From positions 2,595 to 66,594 of the forward strand of contig JAZTWW010000015.1 of assembly GCA_045636065.1 (NCBI GenBank): a stretch of DNA of 64,000 bases, given 5' to 3'. Position 1 is the first letter of the stretch. The number at the start of each line of letters is the position of its first letter. The translations under genes and the position numbers were made by a program. The DNA comes from Kiritimatiellia bacterium (GTDB lineage: Bacteria; Verrucomicrobiota; Kiritimatiellia; RFP12; UBA1067). The notes under the pieces were generated by a model. That model did no database searches and was not told where the DNA came from. It saw only the letters and a list, made by a program, of their open reading frames with translations. Of the stretch, positions 29,040 to 40,220 are shown in pieces.

Positions 29040-30229
29040 TGGACGTCGTAAAGTTTCTCATATCGCTAGCCGCCGCCGTATGCATGATCGTGCCTGCCGT
29101 ACGCCATCCGAAATGGCGCGGCGGGCTTGCGTTTCTCTCGTGCGTATTCCTTGCGTCGGCGGCCAATGCGCTTGAAGGCCTTTTCGGCGTCTTCGACGGT
29201 CTTCTCGGGCCGTACTTCAAGGAGCCCGAGCTGCTGGCGATCGCCTTCTTCCTTCTCCTTGGAGCGTTCATAGCCTGGCGCAACAGGGGAAGCACGATAA
29301 CGGCCCTTTCGGCTGTGTACCGCAACAGGCGCTTCCCGATGCTGCTTTGGGGGCTTCTTTTCATTTCGGTGCTGCCGAACGTCGTGCAGAGCAAGACCGT
29401 GTGGGGGCTCTTCTCCTCCGGCGCCGAGATCTCCCACGAGACGCGCGAGACAGCTGAGAACCTTTTCGAGCTTGTCGGCTCCATCCTCATCCTCAACTGG
29501 GCGATACTCTTTCTCAAGGACAAGTGGAAGGTTCTCGAATACAGGCCAAGCCCACATGCGCATCTCGTTTTCGAGCACGATCTCGTGGAGGTCGGGCACG
29601 GGAGCCGCCGCACGTGCTACCGCATCGGCGAGACGGGTTTCTGCGTCAAGTTCTACAAGAGGCCGGATCAGTGCGTGAAAGGCAAGATGAAGCGTTCGGT
29701 GAGGCGCGACATCGCATGGAGGCGCTTCTCCAAGGCCCGGAACTCGTCCAGCCGCGAAGTCTACGTGTATGAGCTTTTCAGGCACTCGCTGCCGCCTGCG
29801 ATCAGGGAGAAGCTTCCGCCGGTCGTCGAGCGTGTCTACCATCCGATATTCGGCTGGGGCATACTCGAGACGTACTACACCAATCCCGACGGTACGGCCA
29901 TCATCCCATACGAGTACGAGATAAAGCGCCAGACCTCTGAGCCCAACAAGCGCGAGATATACATACAGGCGCGCGACCTTCTCATCGAGATGATCGCGGC
30001 GAGCGCATACTTCTACGAGCCCGGGAATTTCCATACGCTTTTCACCACCGACGGACGCATCGAGACGAAGATCATCGATTTCGAGCCCGAGAGCAAGATG
30101 CTCATTCCCTTGGAGGTGGTGTCCGCGGCCTACAGGCGCTGGAAGCTTAGGCGCAAGGCCAAGCGGTACCTTAAGCACATCCGCGAAACATACCACGTCG
30201 ACGTAACCGTCGATACACCCCTCGGCTGA
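29036..30229 (+). CDS. membrane-anchored YrbL-like (PhoP-network protein family) atypical kinase-fold protein
   Basis: The N-terminal ~170 aa contain about 5 hydrophobic helices. The C-terminal ~220 aa resemble E. coli YrbL as I remember it: GSRRTCYRIGETGFCVKFYK (G-x-x-R-x-CY...[IV]K), YEPGNF (a KPxN-like loop), and KIIDFEPESKMLIPLEVVSAAYRRWKLRRK (compare CDNIGESTLIPL...W...LRK). Confidence 0.55.
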   Translation: MMDVVKFLISLAAAVCMIVPAVRHPKWRGGLAFLSCVFLASAANALEGLFGVFDGLLGPYFKEPELLAIAFFLLLGAFIAWRNRGSTITALSAVYRNRRFPMLLWGLLFISVLPNVVQSKTVWGLFSSGAEISHETRETAENLFELVGSILILNWAILFLKDKWKVLEYRPSPHAHLVFEHDLVEVGHGSRRTCYRIGETGFCVKFYKRPDQCVKGKMKRSVRRDIAWRRFSKARNSSSREVYVYELFRHSLPPAIREKLPPVVERVYHPIFGWGILETYYTNPDGTAIIPYEYEIKRQTSEPNKREIYIQARDLLIEMIAASAYFYEPGNFHTLFTTDGRIETKIIDFEPESKMLIPLEVVSAAYRRWKLRRKAKRYLKHIRETYHVDVTVDTPLG

Positions 30230-30406
30230 TTGGTGAAGGGTCAGATCTCGCTCCGCAAGTGGCGGCAACCGCTTCATATGGGCCGCATACGGGGCGCAGT
30301 TGGGAGGGAAGCGGCTGCACCCTTGCTTCCGCTCGTGTGGAGAAGTGGAGGCATAGACGGGGAAGCGATGGAATGCCGCAGGCACATTCTCAGCAAAATC
30401 ACCTGA

Positions 30407-30489
30407 TTTATCGCTTTAATCCCTCTCGCCCATTCAAAGTCCATCCAATCGGATTTATCGCTTTTATCGCTTAGATCCCGTTTATCCCT
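30407..30489 (+). repeat. short direct repeats: 9-mer TTTATCGCT x3 plus variant TTTATCCCT; 17-mer TTTATCGCTT-N2-ATCCC x2
   Basis: The 9-mer occurs at 30407-30415, 30454-30462 and 30463-30471 (the last two in tandem), with the variant at 30481-30489. The 17-mer copies are at 30407-30423 and 30463-30479 (15/17 identical). Confidence 0.85.
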
Positions 30490-30491
30490 TC

Positions 30492-30554
30492 CCCCAAAAA
30501 ACAATCCCCATGCCACCTTAAATCCACACTTCCCCAAAACAATCCCCATGCCAC
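30492..30554 (+). repeat. direct repeat CCCCAAAA(AA)CAATCCCCATGCCAC x2, spaced 40 nt
   Basis: The copies at 30492-30516 and 30532-30554 are identical except for A-run length (6 vs 4). Each is followed by an AATCCACA motif (30521-30528 and 30567-30574). Confidence 0.9.
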
Positions 30555-30590
30555 TCCTGATCCGCTAATCCACAAATCCCCTATCGCATC

Positions 30591-30613
30591 CGCGCGGGCT
30601 TGATGCCCGCGCG
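30591..30613. other. GC-rich perfect hairpin (9-bp stem, 5-nt loop)
   Basis: CGCGCGGGC-ttgat-GCCCGCGCG. There is no U-tract on either strand, so it is not a canonical intrinsic terminator. Confidence 0.8.
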
Positions 30614-30701
30614 TAACAAAAGAAACGGGCGCGTCCGATGAACCGTCACTAAAAAGTCGAAGGAGGGCATATAACGCGCCACGACCTTGCGTATTGCGCC
30701 G

Positions 30702-30725
30702 CTGGATACTGGTTACTGGATGCTG
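30702..30725 (+). repeat. two CTGGAT(A/G)CTG decamers with 14-nt period
   Basis: ctggatactg at 30702-30711 and ctggatgctg at 30716-30725. Confidence 0.8.
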
Positions 30726-30732
30726 AACACTT

Positions 30733-30795
30733 CCAACGCGTCAAAAATCCGTTCTATCCCGCGTCAGCGGGGAGAAGGGATTTTTGATGCGTTGG
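30733..30795. other. 18-bp inverted repeat with 27-nt spacer containing a nested 5-6-bp hairpin
   Basis: CCAACGCGTCAAAAATCC (30733-30750) pairs with GGATTTTTGATGCGTTGG (30778-30795): 17 Watson-Crick pairs plus one G-T. The inner hairpin is CCCGC-gtca-GCGGG (30758-30771). Confidence 0.85.
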
Positions 30796-30819
30796 CCGTA
30801 CTTGGTAGAGGATTAGTTC

Positions 30820-30848
30820 TTTATATGCGGCGGAAAATTTGGTATAAT
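30820..30848 (+). promoter_or_regulatory. leuC promoter with perfect extended -10
   Basis: TGgTATAAT at 30840-30848, with a weak -35 (tttata, 30820-30825) at 17-nt spacing. This predicts a ~75-nt leader before ATG 30930. Confidence 0.55.
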
Positions 30849-30929
30849 AGACAAACTTTCGCCTGAGTGGCCCAAGAGTCTTCAAGTGGCTTCGGCCGGG
30901 GGCGGAAGCGAGAGAGGACCGGTAAGAGT

Positions 30930-32183
30930 ATGGCAATGACGATGACGGAGAAGATACTCGCGGCGCACGCAGGCAAAGAGAGCGTGCACGCGGGCGAGCT
31001 CATCATGGCTAGGCTCGACCTTGTGCTTGGAAACGACATAACCACGCCCGTGGCTATAGGCGAATTCCCCAAGTTCGGGTGCGCAGCCGTGTGGGACAGG
31101 GAGAAGATCGCCCTCGTCCCCGACCATTTCACGCCCAACAAGGACATAAAGGCCGCGACACAGTGCCAGACGATGCGCCGCTTCGCCTCTGACATGGGCA
31201 TCACCAACTATTTCGAGGTCGGCCACGACTGCGGCGTCGAGCATGCGCTCCTTCCCGAGAAGGGGCTTGTGACGGCCGGCGATCTCGTGATCGGCGCGGA
31301 CAGCCACACCTGCACGTACGGCGCCGTAGGCGCGTTCTCCACCGGCATCGGCTCGACTGACATGGCCTGCGGCATGGCGAAGGGGAGGACGTGGTTCAAG
31401 GTCCCGTCCGCCATAAAGGTCGTCCTGAAAGGCAAGCCTCAGAAATGGGTCGGCGGCAAGGACCTCATACTCCACTTGATAGGCCTTATAGGCGTAGACG
31501 GCGCTCGCTACCAGAGCCTGGAGTTCACGGGAGACGGAGTCGCGAGCCTCACGATGGACGACCGCTTCACCGTCGCCAACATGGCCATCGAGGCGGGCGC
31601 GAAAAACGGCATATTCCCCGTCGACGCTGCGTGCCTCGAATACTTGAAGGAGCATGGGGCGCGAGAGCCTAAGATATACGAGGCCGATCCCGATGCCACC
31701 TATACGCGCACAATCGAGATTGACCTTTCCACGCTAAAGCCCACTGTCGCGTTCCCGCATCTGCCGGAGAACACGAAGGTTGTCGATGAGGCCGGCGACA
31801 TCAAGATCGACCAGGTTGTAATCGGCAGCTGCACCAACGGGCGCATAGGCGACTTGAGAATCGCCGCCGAGGTAATGAAGGGCAAGAAGGTCGCCCCCAA
31901 TGTGCGCGCGATCGTCATCCCCGCGACGCAGCGCATATGGCTCCAGGCGCTCGACGAGGGGCTTCTCAAGATCTTCGCCGAGGCGGGATGCGTCGTCTCC
32001 ACTCCCACCTGCGGCCCGTGCCTCGGAGGCCACATGGGAATCCTCGCAAAGGGCGAGAGGGCCGTCGCCACCACAAACCGCAACTTCGTCGGGCGCATGG
32101 GCCACGTCGAAAGCGAGATATACCTCGCATCCCCCGCAGTCGCAGCGGCAAGCGCCATCGCAGGAAGGATCGTCGCACCATGA
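30930..32183 (+). CDS. leuC: 3-isopropylmalate dehydratase large subunit (~417-aa type)
   Basis: [15 protein letters not shown]..., plus the aconitase-family Fe-S ligand motifs GADSHT and GSCTNGR...CGPCLG. The longer ORF from 30867 adds an Arg/Gly-rich, non-homologous extension. Confidence 0.93.
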   Translation: MAMTMTEKILAAHAGKESVHAGELIMARLDLVLGNDITTPVAIGEFPKFGCAAVWDREKIALVPDHFTPNKDIKAATQCQTMRRFASDMGITNYFEVGHDCGVEHALLPEKGLVTAGDLVIGADSHTCTYGAVGAFSTGIGSTDMACGMAKGRTWFKVPSAIKVVLKGKPQKWVGGKDLILHLIGLIGVDGARYQSLEFTGDGVASLTMDDRFTVANMAIEAGAKNGIFPVDAACLEYLKEHGAREPKIYEADPDATYTRTIEIDLSTLKPTVAFPHLPENTKVVDEAGDIKIDQVVIGSCTNGRIGDLRIAAEVMKGKKVAPNVRAIVIPATQRIWLQALDEGLLKIFAEAGCVVSTPTCGPCLGGHMGILAKGERAVATTNRNFVGRMGHVESEIYLASPAVAAASAIAGRIVAP

Positions 32184-32668
32184 AAGCGAAAGGCAGAGTC
32201 TTCAAGTACGGTGACAACGTCGACACCGACGTCATAATCCCCGCGCGCCATCTCACCACCCCCGACATGAAGGAGCTCGCGAAGCACTGCATGGAGGATA
32301 TAGACGCCTCCTTCGCCACGGCCGTCAGGCCTGGGGACATGATCGTCGCCGGCAGGAACTTCGGGTGCGGCAGCTCCCGCGAGCACGCCCCGGCCTCCAT
32401 AAAGGCGGCCGGCGTCTCGTGCGTCATCGCCGCGACGTTCGCGCGCATCTTCTACCGCAACGCGCTCAATATCGGCCTTCCCATCCTCGAGTGCCCCGAG
32501 GCCGCCGCGGCGATCGCCTCGGGCGATACGGTGTCGATAGACTTCGATACGGGATCCATCAAGGACGAGACGACCGGCGCGGAGTTCTCCGCCGAGCCGT
32601 TCCCCCCGTTCATGCAGGATCTCATCAAGGCGGGCGGGCTTGCCGCATACATGAAAGGTCTCGAATGA
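32180..32668 (+). CDS. leuD: 3-isopropylmalate dehydratase small subunit
   Basis: [25 protein letters not shown]...[14 protein letters not shown]. It overlaps leuC by ATGA. Confidence 0.93.
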   Translation: MKAKGRVFKYGDNVDTDVIIPARHLTTPDMKELAKHCMEDIDASFATAVRPGDMIVAGRNFGCGSSREHAPASIKAAGVSCVIAATFARIFYRNALNIGLPILECPEAAAAIASGDTVSIDFDTGSIKDETTGAEFSAEPFPPFMQDLIKAGGLAAYMKGLE

Positions 32669-33735
32669 AGGCTTGCATAACAGTTCTCCCCGGTGACGGG
32701 ATCGGCCCCGAGATAGTGCGCGAGGCCGTAAAGGCCCTCAAGGCCGTCGAAAGGCGTTTCGGCCACGAATTCACGCTCGACGAGCGCCTTGCAGGCGGCT
32801 GCTCGATAGACGCATGCGGCGATGCGCTCACGGACGAGACGCTCGAAAGGGCGAAGTCGTCGGACGCGGTGCTCCTTGGCGCCGTCGGCGGCCCCAAGTG
32901 GGATTCGCTCCCCGGGCCGCAGCGCCCCGAGAAGCGCGCTCTTCTGAGGCTCAGGTCGGAGCTCGGGCTTTTCTGCAATCTCCGTCCGGCGCTCGTATGG
33001 GAGCCTCTAAAGGACGCATCCCCGCTAAAGAGCGAGATCGTCGCGGGCGGGCTTGACATACTCGTTGTGCGCGAGCTTACTGGCGGCGTGTATTTCGGCG
33101 GGCACACGAGAGCCCCCGACGGCAGGAGCGCCTGCGACATCATGCCCTACAGCGTCGAGGAGATAGAGCGCGTCGCAAGGATGGCATTCGCCGCCGCAAG
33201 GCGCCGCCGCCGCCTCGTCACGAGCGTAGACAAGGCGAACGTGCTTGAAACGAGCCGCCTCTGGCGCGAGACCGTCCAGACCCTCCACGACAGCGAGTAT
33301 CAGGACGTCGCGCTAAGGCACCTCTACGTCGACAACGCCGCGATGCAGCTAGTGAGGGCCCCCGGGCAGTTCGACGTGATCCTCACCGAGAACATGTTCG
33401 GCGACATCCTTTCCGACGAGGCGAGCCAGATAACGGGTTCGATCGGTATGCTCCCGAGCGCAAGCCTCAGGGCCGACGGCTTCGGCATGTACGAGCCGAT
33501 CCACGGCTCCGCGCCCGACATCGCCGGCAAGGACGTTGCAAATCCGCTCGCCACGATACTTTCGGCGGCGATGATGCTGAGGCACACGTTCTCGCTCGGC
33601 GACGAGGCCGCCGCCATCGAAGCGGCCGTCGGAAAGGTCCTCGACAAGGGAATCCGCACGCCGGACATCGCATTCGAAGGCTGCACCAAGGTAGGCACCG
33701 CCGGGATGGGCGATGCGGTAGCGGCTCAAATCTGA
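32665..33735 (+). CDS. leuB: 3-isopropylmalate dehydrogenase
   Basis: [25 protein letters not shown] and [14 protein letters not shown]. It overlaps leuD by ATGA. Confidence 0.95.
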   Translation: MKACITVLPGDGIGPEIVREAVKALKAVERRFGHEFTLDERLAGGCSIDACGDALTDETLERAKSSDAVLLGAVGGPKWDSLPGPQRPEKRALLRLRSELGLFCNLRPALVWEPLKDASPLKSEIVAGGLDILVVRELTGGVYFGGHTRAPDGRSACDIMPYSVEEIERVARMAFAAARRRRRLVTSVDKANVLETSRLWRETVQTLHDSEYQDVALRHLYVDNAAMQLVRAPGQFDVILTENMFGDILSDEASQITGSIGMLPSASLRADGFGMYEPIHGSAPDIAGKDVANPLATILSAAMMLRHTFSLGDEAAAIEAAVGKVLDKGIRTPDIAFEGCTKVGTAGMGDAVAAQI

Positions 33736-33755
33736 ATTTGAAGGAGTACAGGCAA

Positions 33756-34766
33756 ATGACACTTGAAGAGCTTGAAAACCTGAGGTCCGCATGCCTCAAG
33801 GAGATAGAGGCGGCGGGCGATGCAGCGGCCGTCGAGGCGCTGCGCGTTAAGTACGTCGGCAGGAACGGGTCGATCCCCGCGCTCATAAAGGCGATGAAGG
33901 ACGTTCCCAAGGAGGAGCGCCCTGCGTTCGGCAAGGCCGTCCAGGCATGGCGCGCCGAGGCTGAGGCCGCGCTCGCCGCCAAGGGGGCAGGCGCCAAGGC
34001 CGAGAAGGCCGAGGCCGTCGACGCTACGCTCCCCGGCCGCTGGACCGATTTCGGCGTCGAGCATCCGCTTTCGCGCGTCATCGCCGATGCCGCGCGCATA
34101 TTCGGACATCTCGGCTTCACCGTGGTCGAGGGGCCGGACATCGAAACGCGCTTCAACAACTTCACGGCCCTCAATACGCCGCCCCACCACCCGAGCCAGG
34201 ACAGGACCGACACGTTCTGGCTTACGGACGATCTCCTTCTAAGGACACAGACTTCGCCCGTCCAGATAAGGACGATGCTCGCCAACAAGCCGCCCGTAAG
34301 GGTGATCTGCCCCGGCAGGACATACCGCCGCGACACGACGGATGCAACGCATTCGGCCAACTTCCACCAGATTGAAGGCCTCTACGTCGACACGAAGCCC
34401 GTGAGCCTCGCCGACCTCAAGAGCGTTCTTGCGTACTTCGCCCGCGAGATGATGGGCGAGGGGGTGGGAGTCAGGTTCCGTCCGCACTTCTTCCCGTTCA
34501 CCGAGCCGAGCGTCGAGGTGGACTTCACGTGCCACGTCTGCAAGGGCAAGGGCTGCAACGTCTGCAAGCAGTCGGGGTGGATCGAGATCGCAGGCGCCGG
34601 AATGGTCGATCCCCGCGTCTTCAAGTTCGTCGGCTGGAATCCCGACGAGGTGAGCGGATACGCCTTCGGCTTCGGCGTCGAGCGCATCGCCATGATCAAG
34701 TACGGCATCCCCGACATCCGCTGGCTCTACGAGAACGATGTCAGGTTCCTTAGCCAGATGGCGTAG
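33756..34766 (+). CDS. pheS: phenylalanine--tRNA ligase alpha subunit
   Basis: Class II motifs: RRDTTDATHSANFHQIEG, FRPHFFPFTEPS and GFGVERIAM. AAGGAG (33741-33746) lies 9 nt upstream of ATG 33756. Confidence 0.95.
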   Translation: MTLEELENLRSACLKEIEAAGDAAAVEALRVKYVGRNGSIPALIKAMKDVPKEERPAFGKAVQAWRAEAEAALAAKGAGAKAEKAEAVDATLPGRWTDFGVEHPLSRVIADAARIFGHLGFTVVEGPDIETRFNNFTALNTPPHHPSQDRTDTFWLTDDLLLRTQTSPVQIRTMLANKPPVRVICPGRTYRRDTTDATHSANFHQIEGLYVDTKPVSLADLKSVLAYFAREMMGEGVGVRFRPHFFPFTEPSVEVDFTCHVCKGKGCNVCKQSGWIEIAGAGMVDPRVFKFVGWNPDEVSGYAFGFGVERIAMIKYGIPDIRWLYENDVRFLSQMA

Positions 34767-34780
34767 GGGCTTAGAAGGCG

Positions 34781-35416
34781 ATGATAGGAAGATTCATAAG
34801 TTTCGAAGGGCCCGAGGGCGGCGGCAAGTCGACGCAGATAAAGGCCCTCGCCGCCAGGCTCAAGGCGATGGGGCTTGAAGTCGTCGTCACCAGGGAGCCG
34901 GGGGGTACGCGCCTTGCGGAGCTTATCCGCACGCTCGTCAAGGAGGAGCTTGACGACGCCCCCGTCCCGCGCGCTGAGACGCTCCTTTTCCTCGCGGCGC
35001 GCGCCCAGGTGTGCGCAAAGGTTGTGGAGCCCGCGCTTTCGCGCGGGGCGTGGGTTCTCACGGACCGCTTCGCCGACTCCACCTTCGCCTACCAGGGGTA
35101 CGGGCGCGGGCTTGACGTCGACGGGCTTAAAGCGCTCAATACGTTCGCGACTCTCGGGCGCAAGCCTGATCTCACGATCCTTCTCGACATCCCGCCGGAG
35201 GTTTCCGCCGAGCGGCTCAAATTGCGCGAGACGGCCACGAAGGCCGGCGCCGACAGGATAGAGTCGGCCGGGGCCGCGTTCCACCAGAGGCTCCGCGAAG
35301 GCTTCCTCAAGATGGCGGAGGAGGAGAGCTCCCGCATAAAGCTTGTCGATGCGTCAATGTCCATTGAAGAGGTGGAGAGCGAGATATGGAAGTTGACGAG
35401 GCCTTTGATCTCGTAG
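34781..35416 (+). CDS. tmk: thymidylate kinase
   Basis: FISFEGPEGGGKSTQ P-loop, DRFADST and YQGYGRG. Confidence 0.93.
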   Translation: MIGRFISFEGPEGGGKSTQIKALAARLKAMGLEVVVTREPGGTRLAELIRTLVKEELDDAPVPRAETLLFLAARAQVCAKVVEPALSRGAWVLTDRFADSTFAYQGYGRGLDVDGLKALNTFATLGRKPDLTILLDIPPEVSAERLKLRETATKAGADRIESAGAAFHQRLREGFLKMAEEESSRIKLVDASMSIEEVESEIWKLTRPLIS

Positions 35417-36270
35417 AGCGCGCGGTAAAGTCCGGGCGCACGGCGAACGCCTACCTGCTCGTAGGGCAGGTGGGCGGCGAGGCCGGGGAGCTCGCCTCAA
35501 GGATACTCTCGCTTTTCTTCGGCCACGGGGTCGACTCCAGATCAAATCCCGACATCCACTACCTTGAGCCCGAGAAGAAGAGCCGCGTGATCGGCGTCGA
35601 CGCCGTGCACCGCCTTGTCGACGACGTCTCCCTCGCGAGCCTTGAAGGCGGCTGGAAGGCGGGAGTCGTGAATTTCGCCGACAGGTTCAACCAGAGCGCG
35701 GCGAACGCATTTTTGAAGACGCTGGAGGAGCCGCCGGAGAGGACGCTTTTCCTTCTCCTCTCCGATTCGCCGGAGCAGCTTCTTGCGACTATCGTCTCGC
35801 GCTGCCAGAGGATAGACCTCAACGACGCGAGGTCCAACGGCCTTGGAGGCGAATGGGCGCTCAAGGTCGAGACGGTGATCGCGAGGGCCGGAAACGGCCC
35901 CGCCGCGCGCGCCGGGGCGGCCGGAAAGCTCGCGGCCATCCTCGAGGAGTTCAAGGCCCTCGCGGAGGAGGAGGTCTCGGGCGAGGTGAAGATGGAGGAC
36001 GAAGGCCCTGGCGCTGAGGTCGACAGGGATACGGAGCAGGCGCGCGTCCTCTCGCGCTACCGGGCATACCGCAGGCGCATGATGGGCACCGTCATGGAGT
36101 GCATGAGGCGGCTTATGGCCCGCGCCGCCGTCGAGAACCCTCCGCCGGTGCCTCTTGCGGCGGCATTCGCCAACATCGGTTTCGTCGAGGATGCCGTAAG
36201 GCAGTTCGATGAAAGGCACATGTCCGAGCTTCCCGTCCTTACGCAGATGATGGATCTTCTGAGGCTATGA
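35386..36270 (+). CDS. holB: DNA polymerase III delta' subunit
   Basis: HAYLL-like NAYLLVG, SAANAFLKTLEEPP and SRCQ. It follows tmk, as in many bacteria. Confidence 0.8.
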   Translation: MEVDEAFDLVERAVKSGRTANAYLLVGQVGGEAGELASRILSLFFGHGVDSRSNPDIHYLEPEKKSRVIGVDAVHRLVDDVSLASLEGGWKAGVVNFADRFNQSAANAFLKTLEEPPERTLFLLLSDSPEQLLATIVSRCQRIDLNDARSNGLGGEWALKVETVIARAGNGPAARAGAAGKLAAILEEFKALAEEEVSGEVKMEDEGPGAEVDRDTEQARVLSRYRAYRRRMMGTVMECMRRLMARAAVENPPPVPLAAAFANIGFVEDAVRQFDERHMSELPVLTQMMDLLRL

Positions 36271-36902
36271 CGCTTGCAAGGATCATAATGCCCGAGAAGG
36301 GCGTCTTTCAGGTGCGCGTGGAAGGGGAGGCGCCGTCCGCCGGGGACAGGGTCGTCGCAGATCTCGACTACGGCCTCGACGAGGGGACCGTGGATGCCCT
36401 GGAGGAGGTGGATCCATCGGCCGAGGGTGTGAGGATCCCGTCGTTCTCATTCGTGAGGCGCCTTGAAGGCGAAGCCGACGAGCGCACCTTGAAGGAGAAC
36501 GCGAGGCTCGCGTCGGCGATGGCCGCGAGGTTCGAGCAGCTTGCGAGAAAGACCGTCCCCGATTTCAGGGTGAGGCGCGTGAGGCTTTCCTTCGGCAGAG
36601 GGCGGCTTTTTTTGAGATACACCTCGCAGACGCCGAAATGCGAGCTTTCGCACGTCGCCTCCGAGATAAGGCGCGTCTTCTCGGTGGGCGTCAACTACTG
36701 GGCTCTCGGGCCGAGGGACACCGTCGCGTGCGTCGGAGCCCTTGGGCCGTGCTCGCGCGCATGCTGCTGCGCCTCGTGGCTGGAGCGATATCCCCAGAAC
36801 CTCAATCCGCAGTCGCTCATGGGCTCGGCCGGCGCCGGCGGCACGTCTGGAATGAACGGCACATGCGGCCGTTTCAAGTGCTGCCTAAAGTTCGAGAGTT
36901 GA
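36267..36902 (+). CDS. PSP1 domain protein (RicT/YaaT-like)
   Basis: PSP1 C-terminal-type core with a Cys-rich tail (CSRACCCASWL...GTCGRFKCC). It overlaps holB by ATGA, and the tmk-holB-yaaT synteny is conserved. Confidence 0.8.
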   Translation: MTLARIIMPEKGVFQVRVEGEAPSAGDRVVADLDYGLDEGTVDALEEVDPSAEGVRIPSFSFVRRLEGEADERTLKENARLASAMAARFEQLARKTVPDFRVRRVRLSFGRGRLFLRYTSQTPKCELSHVASEIRRVFSVGVNYWALGPRDTVACVGALGPCSRACCCASWLERYPQNLNPQSLMGSAGAGGTSGMNGTCGRFKCCLKFES

Positions 36903-36931
36903 GCTTTGCGCAAATTGACGCCAATTGGGTG

Positions 36932-36960
36932 TTGAAAGAGCGGATGGATTTAGGTATAAT
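36932..36960 (+). promoter_or_regulatory. carB promoter
   Basis: TTGAAA (36932-36937), a 17-nt spacer, then consensus TATAAT (36955-36960). Confidence 0.65.
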
Positions 36961-37004
36961 ATAGCGATTTCGGTTTTACCCCTACAAGGGAACGGAGAAA
37001 AAGG

Positions 37005-40219
<3,215 letters not shown>

Positions 40220-40220
<1 letters not shown>

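Noticed and set aside
30259-30549. ORFs 30259-30474 (+, 71 aa) and 30274-30549 (-, 91 aa) in the non-coding island
   Set aside because: Neither has an SD or a recognisable motif. They overlap each other on opposite strands, and the minus-strand ORF is largely a translation of the short DNA repeats (SDKSDKSD). They are more likely non-coding.
30407-30581. CRISPR-like array
   Set aside because: The repeats are short (9-25 nt) and present in only 2-4 copies with irregular spacing. They are not separated by unique spacers of constant length, and no cas genes are in the window.
30400-30800. Chromosomal replication origin (oriC). The island is lower-GC and contains iteron-like repeats and two DnaA-box-like 9-mers: TAATCCACA at 30566-30574 (1 mismatch to TTATCCACA) and AAATCCACA at 30520-30528 (2 mismatches).
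   Set aside because: Genes on both sides of the island, including gyrA, rpoD, rpsT and carB, are all on the + strand. A bidirectional origin or a terminus here would put half of them head-on to replication. No dnaA, dnaN, gyrB or parAB context is present, and there are only two weak boxes. A cumulative GC-skew plot of the whole replicon would settle the question.
30600-30929. Leucine leader-peptide attenuator or T-box upstream of leuC
   Set aside because: No short ORF with consecutive Leu codons is present. The only upstream mini-ORFs are MNRH* and a 47-aa ORF with scattered Leu. No T-box specifier/antiterminator signature is present, and the big hairpin lies upstream of the predicted promoter, not in the leader.
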